Origin: Holophagales bacterium
Lineage (GTDB): Bacteria; Acidobacteriota; Thermoanaerobaculia; Multivoradales; Multivoraceae
Length of the DNA: 64,000 bases
Reading direction: 5' to 3'
NCBI GenBank assembly: GCA_009845425.1
Contig: VXZQ01000001.1
Span: forward strand, 101,303-165,302
Below, one piece after another: positions 18,899-28,518 of the stretch. The translations under genes and the position numbers were made by a program. Every line of letters begins with the position of its first letter. Positions within the stretch are counted from its first letter, which is position 1. The notes beneath the pieces are model-generated. The model saw only the letters and a list, made by a program, of their open reading frames with translations. It made no database searches and was not told the origin of the DNA.

Positions 18899-21478
18899 AT
18901 GCCGCACGGCAATCTGGACGCCTACCGCCGCAAGCGCTCGAGCGAGGCGACGCCCGAGCCGATGGGTTCCCGAACCACGGCCGTCGGCGGGCGCTTCGTG
19001 GTCCAGAAGCACGCCGCCCGGCGGGTCCACTTCGACCTGCGCCTGGAACTCGAGGGCACGCTCAAGTCCTGGGCGGTGCCGCGCGGCCCCAGCCTCGATC
19101 CCGACGTCAAGCGGCTCGCGGTCGCCACCGAGGACCACCCGCTGGAGTACGCCGACTTCGAGGGGTCCATCCCCGCCGGCAACTACGGCGCCGGCGCGAT
19201 GATCGTGTGGGACAGCGGCCGCTGGCTCCCGCTCGAGGACCCGGTTGCCGGGATGGAGAGCGGCAAGCTCCTGTTCGAACTCCACGGCTACAAGCTGCGC
19301 GGCGTCTGGACCCTGTTCCGCACCGGCGGCCGGCGCCGTTCCTCTGACGGCAGCCAGTGGCTGCTGATGAAGAAACCCGACGCGGCCGCACGCCCTCTGG
19401 AAGAAGGCCGCGACGGCGAGGACGAGCTGCCGCCCGAGTCCGTGCTGTCGGGCCTGACCGTCGAGGAGCTCCGGGACGGCTGCGACCGGATCGAAGAGGT
19501 GCGCGCAGGGATCGAAGCGTCGGATGCGCCGCGCCGGTCGGTGGACCCGCGGTCGCTGCCACTGATGCTCGCGACCGCCTCCGACCGGCCCTTCTCGCGC
19601 GCCGGCTGGATCTACGAACTGAAGTACGACGGCTACCGTCTGCTCGCCGCCAAGGAAGGCGGCAGCGTCTTCCTCCGCTACCGGCGCGGCGGCGACGTCA
19701 CCGCGCTCTACCCGGAATTGGCCCGCGCCTTGCGCCGGCTGCCGGTGGAATCGATCGTGCTCGACGGCGAGGTCACCGTGCTCGACGGCGGCGGCCGGCC
19801 CAGCTTCGCCAAGCTGCAGACACGGGCCCTGCTCAGCCGTCCCGTCGACATCGAACAGGCCTCGGTACGCCGGCCAGCGACGCTGTTCGCCTTCGACCTG
19901 GTCTCGTTCGAGGGCCACGACCTGCGGCCGCTGCCCCTGCTCGAGCGCAAGGGATGGCTGGCCCAGGTTCTGCCCCCAGCCGGGCCGCTCCGCTACTCGG
20001 ACCACATCGAGGAACGGGGCGAGGAGTTCTTCGAGCAGGCAGTTGCGATGGGACTCGAGGGGACCATGGCGAAGGACGGTGCGTCGCGGTACACGGGCCG
20101 CCGGTCGTCCTCCTGGGTCAAGCTGCGCGCCGAACGGACGGGGGACTTCGCCATCGTCGGCATGTCGTCGCCCAAGGGCAGCCGGGTGGGCCTGGGCTCG
20201 CTCCACCTCGCAGTATGGGAAGCGGCAGTCGGCGGGCTGGTCTACGCCGGACGCGTCGGCACGGGATTCGACGACGCCACCCTGGCGGAGCTGGCGGAGC
20301 GTCTGTCGGCGAGGCGGCGTGAGGATCCTCCATGCTGGGCGCCCGCGCCTGAGAGCCCCGCCGTGGAGACGGCGCTCACCGACGCCCACCTCCTCGACGG
20401 CCGCGTCGCCGACCAGACCTGGGTCGAGCCGAACGACGAGCTGGTCTGCGAGGTCCGCTTCAAGGAGTGGACTCCCCACGGCCTGCTCCGGCATCCCGTC
20501 TTCCTGCGCCTGCGGGACGACAAGCCGTTGGAGGACTGCGTCCGCCGTGACGAACCCCGCGGCCGCGAAGCCACCCTCCCGGCGCCGCCGGAGCGGCGCG
20601 TCGAGATCACGAACAAATCCAAGGTGTTCTGGCCGGACGAGGGTTACACCAAGGGCGATCTGATCGACTTCTACGCCACCGTTTCAGAGGCGATGCAGCC
20701 CTACCTCACCGACCGCCCGCTGGTGATGACCCGCTACCCCGACGGGATCGAGGGCAAGTCCTTCTTCCAGAAGAACGCGCCCGACTTCGCGCCGGACTGG
20801 CTGCACACGGTCAGGCTGACCAGCCCGCGGACCGGCAAGGATGTCGAGTACTTCGTCTGCCAGAACCGGGAGAGCCTGGTCTACGTGGCCAACCTGGCCG
20901 CGATTGTCCTCCACGTCTGGTCAAGCCGGCTGCACCAACTCGGCCAGCCGGACTGGTGCATCCTCGACCTCGACCCGAAGGACGCCCCCTTCGAGGACGT
21001 GATCGAGATCGCCCTCGCCATCCGGCGTCTGTGCCGGCAAATCGAGCTGCCCGGTTTCGTCAAGACCAGCGGCTCGAGCGGCCTGCACGTGCTGCTGCCG
21101 CTAGGCGGCGCCTGCACTTACGAGCAGTCGCGCAGCCTCGGTCAACTGATCGCCCAGATCATCTGCCGGCAACTGCCCGAGATCGCCACCGTCACCCGCA
21201 ATCCCGAACGCCGCGGCGGCAAGGTCTACATCGACTTCGTCCAGAACGGCCGCGGCCGGCTGCTCGTCGCCCCCTTCAGCGTCCGACCGCTGCCCGCGGC
21301 TCCGGTCTCGACGCCGCTGCGCTGGTCCGAGGTCAAGCCCGGCCTCGACCTGCGCGACCACAACATCCGCACCGTGCCGGAGCGGCTGAAGAAGCTGAAG
21401 ACCGACCCGCTTCGCGGCGTGCTGACGGAGCAGCCGGACCTGCTGGCGGCGCTGCGCCGGCTGAGCGAACTCGTGTAG
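18899..21478 (+). CDS. ligD: DNA ligase D (phosphoesterase-ligase-polymerase)
   Basis: PE domain FVVQKHAARRVHFDLRLE..HPLEY; ligase ELKYDGYR; polymerase RYPDG, FFQKN, DLDP, KTSGSSGLH. Confidence 0.95.
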   Translation: MPHGNLDAYRRKRSSEATPEPMGSRTTAVGGRFVVQKHAARRVHFDLRLELEGTLKSWAVPRGPSLDPDVKRLAVATEDHPLEYADFEGSIPAGNYGAGAMIVWDSGRWLPLEDPVAGMESGKLLFELHGYKLRGVWTLFRTGGRRRSSDGSQWLLMKKPDAAARPLEEGRDGEDELPPESVLSGLTVEELRDGCDRIEEVRAGIEASDAPRRSVDPRSLPLMLATASDRPFSRAGWIYELKYDGYRLLAAKEGGSVFLRYRRGGDVTALYPELARALRRLPVESIVLDGEVTVLDGGGRPSFAKLQTRALLSRPVDIEQASVRRPATLFAFDLVSFEGHDLRPLPLLERKGWLAQVLPPAGPLRYSDHIEERGEEFFEQAVAMGLEGTMAKDGASRYTGRRSSSWVKLRAERTGDFAIVGMSSPKGSRVGLGSLHLAVWEAAVGGLVYAGRVGTGFDDATLAELAERLSARRREDPPCWAPAPESPAVETALTDAHLLDGRVADQTWVEPNDELVCEVRFKEWTPHGLLRHPVFLRLRDDKPLEDCVRRDEPRGREATLPAPPERRVEITNKSKVFWPDEGYTKGDLIDFYATVSEAMQPYLTDRPLVMTRYPDGIEGKSFFQKNAPDFAPDWLHTVRLTSPRTGKDVEYFVCQNRESLVYVANLAAIVLHVWSSRLHQLGQPDWCILDLDPKDAPFEDVIEIALAIRRLCRQIELPGFVKTSGSSGLHVLLPLGGACTYEQSRSLGQLIAQIICRQLPEIATVTRNPERRGGKVYIDFVQNGRGRLLVAPFSVRPLPAAPVSTPLRWSEVKPGLDLRDHNIRTVPERLKKLKTDPLRGVLTEQPDLLAALRRLSELV

Positions 21479-21482
21479 AACG

Positions 21483-24400
21483 TCAGAACTGGAGCCGAAG
21501 ACCCGCGCGCACGCGGCGGCTGGTCTGGAAGGCGGCGGGAAGCGACTCGCGCGGATCCGGCCTTGCCCCCTGCGCTGCCGCGGCGGCGAGCAGGTCGGTG
21601 CGGCCCGGACCGACGAAGACCGGGTCGAGGTAGGCAAGCGGCCAGAGCTGGTTCGCGGCGTCCTGGTCGAAGACGTTGAGGGCCTCGGCGAAGAGGGACA
21701 ACCGCCGGTCCTCCGAGCGAAGCGGGACGCGGTACGTGAGAGACAGGTCGGCGCGCTTGAGATCGGCGCTCTTGACCAGGCCGTCCGGGCCAGACGGAAG
21801 GGGGGTCAGGCCGGTGCTGAGGATGCGGCTTGCCTCGTCGACCCGGACCGTCAGGGCTCGCGGTACGTAGGCGGCGCCCGTGCGGAAGCGGTAGACAAGC
21901 GCCATCAGCCAGCGTTCGCCCGGCGAGAGGACAAGCCAGCCGGAGAGCTGGTGCTCACGGTCGAGGCTCAGGCGGCGGCTGCCACTCGTGACATCGAACA
22001 CGTCGCAGGGGACGGGCGAGGAGCACAAGTCGAGCGCGGCGAGGACCGGATGGGCGCCGGGCAAGGTACCCGCCTCCATTCCGAGCCCGCCGGCCTCGTG
22101 GTTGCCGGTCAACCGGCTCAGGACGTATGAGAAGTGGATCCTCCAGGAGGGGCTGAAGCCGACGTGCGCGTTGAGCTCGGCGCCCCACCAGTCCTGCTCT
22201 AGCTGAGGCAGCTCGCCGCCGGCGCCCCGGCCGGGGGTCAGCAGCGTCGGAACTACCTCGCCGGCGTCCAGCAGCGGCATGAGACGAATGCCGTTCCGCA
22301 ACTGGCGTCGGGAGACGCGCGCCGAGATCACGACGTCGGGCAGGAACTGGTAGCCCGTCCCCAACTGGATCTCTCGCACGCGGGCTGGACGGAGGTCTGG
22401 ATCAACCGCCGCCCTCGCGAAGTCGAGGGGCGCGCCGCTGTAGCCGCCGGTGGCCTCCAGCGCCGCGACCGCGTCGAGATCGGAACGCCCCGCCCGCGGC
22501 CGGAAGACGTCGACGTGCCACCAGGCGGCGCCGCCGTAAGCCTTCCACCTGCCGCGGCCCGCGACGTCCCAGACGAACGCGAGCCGCGGTTCCGTGCGGT
22601 CTGCGAACTCGAGGTCGAGGGGACCCGCCTTTTCTTCTTCGGCGCGTAGTCCAACGTGCAGGGTCAGGTGCCTCTTGAAGGCTCCGCCCACGCGCCAGGC
22701 GTCCTGCGCGTAGAGCGCGCGCTTCTCCTGCCGGAGGCCGGCGGCGCCGAGCGCTCCTCCGCTCCAGGCCTCGGGCGTTCCGCCCGCAAACCGCAGCAAC
22801 CGTCCGGAACCCTGCGATCGGAGGAGTTCGAGGCTGCTCCTGGAGTCCTGAATGCCGATCTCCAGCGTGTGGTCGAACAGGAAGAACGACGGCTCCACCG
22901 CCCAGTTCCGGCGCTCCGCAGCGCGACGGACCCGGCCCGCCGGCGCGGCCTCGTACCAACCCGCCAGCCGCCCGGAGGCGGGCGCCGCGAAGTACAGGCC
23001 CGCGTCTTGCCATGGCTCGCCGTCCTCGATGAGGTCGGATCGACCGCCGAACACGCGCAACCACAGGCGGTCGGTGACTCCCCACTCGACGTTGAGGCTG
23101 GTCGTCTGCCGTCGCGACCGGTCGTTCTCGGTTCCATCCACCGACGGAAGGACTTCCAGCGCCGGTCGCCGACCGTCGAGGTCGCCGGACCCGGCATGGT
23201 GCTTGAGAGTCAGGTTGCTGGCCGAGCCGGCCCACCAGTCGAGCTTGCCGATCGATTGCTCGATCGTCTCGTCCCAGGTCATCGGCGCGACCGCGCCGAA
23301 CAGGCTCTCCGTGCCGCGGGCGCGGCTTCTCGAGTACCCGCCGAACGCACGGGCCCGCTTGTCCCGTAGCGGGCCGCCGGCAAAGACGGTCGCCTCGTCG
23401 CCCTCGATGCGTCGCCGGTCCCTGCCGCCGGCCGGCGATTCTCCGGCACCGAACAGGCGCAGGGCGAGCCGCTCGCCGTTGTCGAGCGGCTCGACCGTCG
23501 ACCAGCCGCCGTTCACCTGCCAGTCGGTCCCCCCCGAACGCGTGATCAGGTCGATGTGGGGCCCGGCCATCGTCGCCGCCAGTTCCATCGTCCAGACGCG
23601 CACCTGATCCACCCAGCGGGGATCGATGGCGGTCGACCCTGGTTCGCGAAGCGCGCTCTCCTGACCGTCGACGCGGTAGTTGGCGAAGCCGGGCGGCCAG
23701 CCGTTGACCGCGACATCCGGGCCCAGCGCGTCGAGGCCGGACGCCAGGTCCAGGTTGAGCGCCGCGACGGCGCCCGGTAGCTGCCGCAGGTCGTCGCCCG
23801 CGAGGACGTTACCGTCGCTGCCGGTGACCACGTCGAGCAACGGCGAGGAAACAAGGTCGAGCGCGGAGGCGCTGCCGGCCCTCATGTGGAAGTCGACCCG
23901 CAGCACGCCGCCCGCAACCAGGATCAGGTTCTCCACGACGGAGGTCGCGTAGCCGTCCACGGTCGCCTCGACGTAGTAGTCGCCCGGTGGTAGACCCGGC
24001 GCCCGAAAACTGCCGCCGCGACCGGCGCGAACGGTCTGGGCGCTGTGCAACTGATCGCCGGTGATCCTGATCTCGGCTCCCGGCAACGGGACGTCCGTCG
24101 CCGCGTCGCGCACCTGGCCGTTGATCTCGCCGTTCAGGCCCGCCGAGGCGGGGCTCGGAGACAACACGGTCAGGCCAACGACTGACGCGACCAGCACCGC
24201 CGTTACCGCAGGCGCGGCCGCCAGACGGGTCGGCTCCTGCTTCGGCAGGAGTAGTGAAGCGAAGGCCGACACCAGGCCGACCACCGCGCCGGCCTGCAAC
24301 ACTGCCGCGAGTTCGAAGCGATCAGCGAGTTCTCCGATACACCAGGTCGCGATCCCGCCCGTCGCGAACAGGAATCCGAGCGCCGTCCCCGAAGCCAGAC

Positions 24401-25403
24401 CCCGACGCCATGGCAGCAACTCCTGAGCCATGACGATCAGGATGGAGTGCGATGCTCCCAGCAGCGCTCCGCAGGGCAGTACGACGGCGAAGATCCAGCC
24501 CCCGGATCCGGGCAGCACGCCCAGCAGGAGGGCACCGAGCAGCGTGGTCAGGAAGACGATCGGCCGTCGACCCCAACGCTCGGCCCAGGCGCCCGCCAGG
24601 ACCGCGGTCAGCGCGCCGCCCAGCAGGAACAGCGCGCTGGCGGAGCCCTGAGCCACGGAGCTGTATCCCCGCTGACTCAGCAGGAGGGGCAGGAACGCCA
24701 TCGTTCCGAACATTGCCCAGGAGCGGCTGGCGAACACCAGGCCAAGGAGAGCGATGACGCCGCCGCGCACCTGGCGGCCGGCGGACACGGTGGCGTCACC
24801 CGCCTGATTCTCGTTCGGTTGCGACGCCGCGGGCGCCGGGTGAACCCGTCGCGGTCCCATCGCGAAGGCCATGAACAGCGGCACGGGCGCCGCGAAGAGC
24901 AGGAGCCAGTAGATCCCGTTCAGCCCCGCCCGATCGAGGGCCAGTCCCGCCAGGACCGGCCCGGTCGTCAGCCCGAGCTGACCGCAGAAGAAGAAGATGG
25001 CCGTGAAGGTGGCGGAGCGGGCCAGGTTCACCGTGCTGGAGTGCATCACGCCCAGCGGATGAAAGGCGCCCGAAGCAACCGCGGCGAGCGCGAACGGAAT
25101 GAGAAACAGGACGAATCTCCCCGTCGCGGCGGCTGCTGCGACCGCCAGGCCCATGCAGGCGAAGTTGAAAGCGACGCTGAACGGACCCAGGAAACGGCTG
25201 CCGACCCGGTCGACCAACCAGCCGAAGGCCGGCTGCGTGGTGCCGGCGAGAACCTGGAACAGTCCCACCGCGAGGCCGATCTGGGCGGCGCTGAGGCCGA
25301 GCGGCGCCTGGAGGAAGGCCAGCAGGACCGGCCCCATGCTGTTGAAGATGTCGATGCCGAGGTGACCGACCGTCACCGCGGCGAAGATTCGCCGGCCGTT
25401 CAT
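21483..25403 (-). CDS. Fusion of an Fsr-like MFS transporter (aa 1-~390), an internal signal peptide and an Oar-like TonB-dependent receptor (aa ~422-1306)
   Basis: MFS motifs QPAFGWLVDRVGSR, FHPLG, GAWAERWGRR. Then SPSPASA|GLNGEINGQVRDA...LPPGDY (carboxypeptidase-regulatory-like domain), YAQDAW..LTLHVGLR, PRLAFVWDVAGRG, and terminal RAGLRLQF. No internal stop. Confidence 0.8.
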   Translation of the reverse strand: MNGRRIFAAVTVGHLGIDIFNSMGPVLLAFLQAPLGLSAAQIGLAVGLFQVLAGTTQPAFGWLVDRVGSRFLGPFSVAFNFACMGLAVAAAAATGRFVLFLIPFALAAVASGAFHPLGVMHSSTVNLARSATFTAIFFFCGQLGLTTGPVLAGLALDRAGLNGIYWLLLFAAPVPLFMAFAMGPRRVHPAPAASQPNENQAGDATVSAGRQVRGGVIALLGLVFASRSWAMFGTMAFLPLLLSQRGYSSVAQGSASALFLLGGALTAVLAGAWAERWGRRPIVFLTTLLGALLLGVLPGSGGWIFAVVLPCGALLGASHSILIVMAQELLPWRRGLASGTALGFLFATGGIATWCIGELADRFELAAVLQAGAVVGLVSAFASLLLPKQEPTRLAAAPAVTAVLVASVVGLTVLSPSPASAGLNGEINGQVRDAATDVPLPGAEIRITGDQLHSAQTVRAGRGGSFRAPGLPPGDYYVEATVDGYATSVVENLILVAGGVLRVDFHMRAGSASALDLVSSPLLDVVTGSDGNVLAGDDLRQLPGAVAALNLDLASGLDALGPDVAVNGWPPGFANYRVDGQESALREPGSTAIDPRWVDQVRVWTMELAATMAGPHIDLITRSGGTDWQVNGGWSTVEPLDNGERLALRLFGAGESPAGGRDRRRIEGDEATVFAGGPLRDKRARAFGGYSRSRARGTESLFGAVAPMTWDETIEQSIGKLDWWAGSASNLTLKHHAGSGDLDGRRPALEVLPSVDGTENDRSRRQTTSLNVEWGVTDRLWLRVFGGRSDLIEDGEPWQDAGLYFAAPASGRLAGWYEAAPAGRVRRAAERRNWAVEPSFFLFDHTLEIGIQDSRSSLELLRSQGSGRLLRFAGGTPEAWSGGALGAAGLRQEKRALYAQDAWRVGGAFKRHLTLHVGLRAEEEKAGPLDLEFADRTEPRLAFVWDVAGRGRWKAYGGAAWWHVDVFRPRAGRSDLDAVAALEATGGYSGAPLDFARAAVDPDLRPARVREIQLGTGYQFLPDVVISARVSRRQLRNGIRLMPLLDAGEVVPTLLTPGRGAGGELPQLEQDWWGAELNAHVGFSPSWRIHFSYVLSRLTGNHEAGGLGMEAGTLPGAHPVLAALDLCSSPVPCDVFDVTSGSRRLSLDREHQLSGWLVLSPGERWLMALVYRFRTGAAYVPRALTVRVDEASRILSTGLTPLPSGPDGLVKSADLKRADLSLTYRVPLRSEDRRLSLFAEALNVFDQDAANQLWPLAYLDPVFVGPGRTDLLAAAAAQGARPDPRESLPAAFQTSRRVRAGLRLQF

Positions 25404-25413
25404 CCGCGGCCCG

Positions 25414-27198
25414 CTACCCGCCCGCGGGCGCGTCTCCTCTCGGCGCGCTGACGTCGCCGCCCCGGCGTGGATCCGCCACGCCGAGCAGGCTCGACCCCTC
25501 TATCAGGATCGCGGACACGTCCCCGCTCAGGCCGCGCTCGACCAGCTCGTGACCCCTCGCCGCCAGATCCTCGAGCGTCGCGCCGCCGAGACCGCCTTCC
25601 TCGTAGAACACCTGGTCCGGCCACGCCTGGTGATGCACCCGCGGGCTCTCGACCGCCTGCCGCAGCCCCATTCCGTGGTCGATGACGTTCGAGATCACGT
25701 GGTAGACGGTGGTGATGATCGTCGGGCCGCCGGGCGTGCCGACGACCATCATCAGTTCGCCCTCCGGGTCGAGCACGATGCTCGGGGTCATGGACGACAA
25801 CATCCGCTTGCCCGGAACGATGGCGTTGTTCTCGCCCTCGACCAGCCCGAACTGATTCGGCTGACCCGGCGAGGCGGCGAAGTCGTCCATCTCGTTGTTG
25901 AGCAGGAAACCGGCCCCGGTGACGGTGACGGCGTTCCCGAAACCGCTGTTGATCGTCGTCGTGACCGACGCCGCGTTGCCCCAGCGGTCGACCACGGAGT
26001 AATGGGTCGTCTCGGTGCTCTCCGCAGGCGGCGCGACCTCGATCGGCGGCAGCGGCCGCGCCCTCTCGGGATCGATCCGGGCACGCAGCCCGTCGGCGTA
26101 GTCCTGCGACTCGAACTGCCCGCGCGGTACGTCGACGAAGTCCGGGTCGCCGAGCAGAGTGTTCCGGTCCCGAAATGCGAGCCGCATGGCCTCGGCCTCC
26201 AGGTGGATCAGATCGGGACTGCCGAACGGGGGCAGGGAATCCCAGCCCTCGAGGATATTGAGGATCAGGCCCAGGGTCAGGCCGCCGGAAGAAACCGGCG
26301 GCATCGATTGGATCGTGTGTCCGCGATAGGCGACTTCGACCGGCTCGCGCCACACCGGCGCGTAGTCCTCGAGGTCCTGGTGCGAGATGAGTCCCCCGCC
26401 CCGCCCCATCTCGGCCACGATCAGGTCGGCCACTCGGCCGCGATAGAAGCCGTCCGGACCCTGCTCCGCGATCGCCTGAAGCGTGGCCGCAAGGTCCGGC
26501 TGTTCCAGTATCGCGCCCGGCGGCGGCGCCTCGCCATCGATCAGGAACTGCCTGGCACTCGCCGGGAACCGCTTGAGCCGTGGCGCCGCCGATTCGAGAC
26601 TCCGCGATCGCGGCTCGTCGACTTCGTGGCCCCGGGCCAACTCCATAGCCGGCGCGATCAGGTCGCTCCAGGGGAGGGATCCGTATGTCAGGTGCATCTC
26701 CCAGAGACCGGCCACCGAACCCGGCACGCCGGCCGCGAGGTGACCGACAACCGCGCTCTCCGCGACCTTGCCTTCATCGTCCAGAAACATGTCGCGCGTT
26801 GCCGCGCCGGGCGCCTTCTCGCGGTAGTCCAGCGCACGGACTTCGCCGTCGTTCGACCGGTAGACCAGGAACCCGCCGCCGCCAATGTTGCCGGCGGCCG
26901 GCAGGACCGCGGCAAGCGCGAAGCCGACGGCCACCGCGGCGTCGATCGCGTTTCCGCCCTGCTCCAGGACCGCCGCGCCGACGTCGGAGGCGAGGCCATG
27001 ACCGCTGACGACCATGCCGTGCGCGCCTTGAGCCGCCGGCGCCGTACCGGCGAGACCCCAGGACGACGGGCCTAAACCAGCTTCTCTTGCCGCCTCGGGC
27101 CCCGCGCAGGAAACTCCGAGCAGGAACGCGCCGACCAGAGCGCCGGCAACCGGGCGGCGAGCGAGCGGACGCGAGGCAATGGTCGCGAGCCGGCTCAT
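25414..27198 (-). CDS. ggt: Gamma-glutamyltransferase, exported (possible lipoprotein)
   Basis: GGNAIDAAVA, GNIGGGGF, DYREKAP, autocleavage motif ETTHYSVVD, NNEMDDF, KRMLSSMTP, GTPGG; LLGVSC lipobox-like; start 27198 or 27210. Confidence 0.95.
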   Translation of the reverse strand: MSRLATIASRPLARRPVAGALVGAFLLGVSCAGPEAAREAGLGPSSWGLAGTAPAAQGAHGMVVSGHGLASDVGAAVLEQGGNAIDAAVAVGFALAAVLPAAGNIGGGGFLVYRSNDGEVRALDYREKAPGAATRDMFLDDEGKVAESAVVGHLAAGVPGSVAGLWEMHLTYGSLPWSDLIAPAMELARGHEVDEPRSRSLESAAPRLKRFPASARQFLIDGEAPPPGAILEQPDLAATLQAIAEQGPDGFYRGRVADLIVAEMGRGGGLISHQDLEDYAPVWREPVEVAYRGHTIQSMPPVSSGGLTLGLILNILEGWDSLPPFGSPDLIHLEAEAMRLAFRDRNTLLGDPDFVDVPRGQFESQDYADGLRARIDPERARPLPPIEVAPPAESTETTHYSVVDRWGNAASVTTTINSGFGNAVTVTGAGFLLNNEMDDFAASPGQPNQFGLVEGENNAIVPGKRMLSSMTPSIVLDPEGELMMVVGTPGGPTIITTVYHVISNVIDHGMGLRQAVESPRVHHQAWPDQVFYEEGGLGGATLEDLAARGHELVERGLSGDVSAILIEGSSLLGVADPRRGGDVSAPRGDAPAGG

Positions 27199-27281
27199 CG
27201 CGGAAGGCACGGTATCAAAGCAGCCGGATACGCTTGTTCCATCCCCGCCCGGAGACGACCTCCCTACACCGGAGAAGAACC

Positions 27282-28391
27282 ATGCAGACCAAGCTCCCCG
27301 AGCTGACCATCGGCATCGAGGAGGAGTACCAGATCATCGACCCCGAAACCCGGGAATTGAAGCCCTTCATCCAGGAATTCCTGGAGCAGGGACAGATCGT
27401 GCTCCAGGAGCAGATCAAGGCGGAGCAGTTGCAGTGCCAGGTCGAAGTGGGCAGCGAGGTCTGCCGCTCGATCGACGAGGCACGCCAGGAGCTCATCCGG
27501 CTGCGGCGCTCGATCGGGCACCTGGCGTCGCGGAACGGCCTTCGCATCGCGGCCGCCAGCACCCATCCCTTCTCCTCCTGGCAGGAACAGGACGTCACGG
27601 AGGCGCAGCGCTACATCACGATGCAGGAAACGTTCGGCGACGTCGCGCGGCGACTGCTGATCTTCGGCATGCACGTTCACATAGGCATTCCCGACCGCAA
27701 CCTGCGAATGGACATCATGGACCAGTCGCTCTACTTCCTGCCCCACCTGCTCGCACTGTCGACCAGCTCGCCCTTCTGGCAGGGCCGCAACACGGGGCTC
27801 AAGTCCTACCGCTCGGTCGTCTTCGAGAGCCTGCCCCGGTCGGGGCTGCCACCGTCCCTGCGGTCGTACGCGGAGTACGAGCGCCTGGTGAACGTCCTGG
27901 TCGAAACGAAGTGCATCGTGGAGCCGACACAGATCTGGTGGGACGTCAGGCCACACCCCAAGTTCCCGACCATCGAGTTCCGCGTCTGCGACGTCTGCAC
28001 GAAGATCGAGGAGGCGCTGTGCCTTACCGCGCTCCTGATGGCGATCGTCGGCAAGCTGATCCGCCTGCGGCACAACAACCAGGGCTGGCGGCGTTACCCC
28101 CGGCACCTCATCTACGAGAACAAGTGGCGCGCGATCCGCTACGGCATCGACGGCAAGCTGATCGACTTCGGCAAGGGCGAGGAAGTGCCGCTGCGCTTCC
28201 TGACGCTGGAGCTCCTCGATTTCGTCGATGACGTGCTGGACGACCTGAAGATCCGTAAGGAAGTCGAGTACGTCCACACGATTCTCGCCGAAGGCACCAG
28301 CGCCGACCGCCAGATCGCCCGCGCGGAAGAGGGCGACCTCCATGCCGTCGTCGACGGCCTCATCGAAGAGACCCGCGAAGGCTGCGAGTAA
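27282..28391 (+). CDS. Carboxylate-amine ligase, YbdK/GCS2 (glutamate--cysteine ligase 2) family
   Basis: TIGIEEEYQ, ASTHPF, IFGMHVHIG, SSPFWQG..TGLKSYR, WWDVRPHP..PTIEFRVCD, ENKWRA.RYG. Confidence 0.92.
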   Translation: MQTKLPELTIGIEEEYQIIDPETRELKPFIQEFLEQGQIVLQEQIKAEQLQCQVEVGSEVCRSIDEARQELIRLRRSIGHLASRNGLRIAAASTHPFSSWQEQDVTEAQRYITMQETFGDVARRLLIFGMHVHIGIPDRNLRMDIMDQSLYFLPHLLALSTSSPFWQGRNTGLKSYRSVVFESLPRSGLPPSLRSYAEYERLVNVLVETKCIVEPTQIWWDVRPHPKFPTIEFRVCDVCTKIEEALCLTALLMAIVGKLIRLRHNNQGWRRYPRHLIYENKWRAIRYGIDGKLIDFGKGEEVPLRFLTLELLDFVDDVLDDLKIRKEVEYVHTILAEGTSADRQIARAEEGDLHAVVDGLIEETREGCE

Positions 28392-28401
28392 CGAAGCGAG
28401 T

Positions 28402-28502
28402 CACCCGTCGGCTCCGGGTCCGAAGGGGAGGGTCCCAGCGGACGCTCACCCCCGCTTGGTGATTGGACGGGTGGGGGTTCGCTTCGGTCGACTGCGCTCC
28501 GG
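28402..28502 (+). repeat. Dispersed structured repeat family A, copy 3 (between convergent genes)
   Basis: CACCCGTCGGCTCCGGGTCCGAAGGGGAGGGTCCCAGCGGACGCTC...TCGCTTCGGTCGACTGCGCTC. Confidence 0.75.
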
Positions 28503-28518
28503 TCGCGCCGAGAACACG

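Noticed and set aside
17832-21478. Ku/LigD as a novel system
   Set aside because: It is canonical bacterial NHEJ with a known domain order, so it is annotated as features only.
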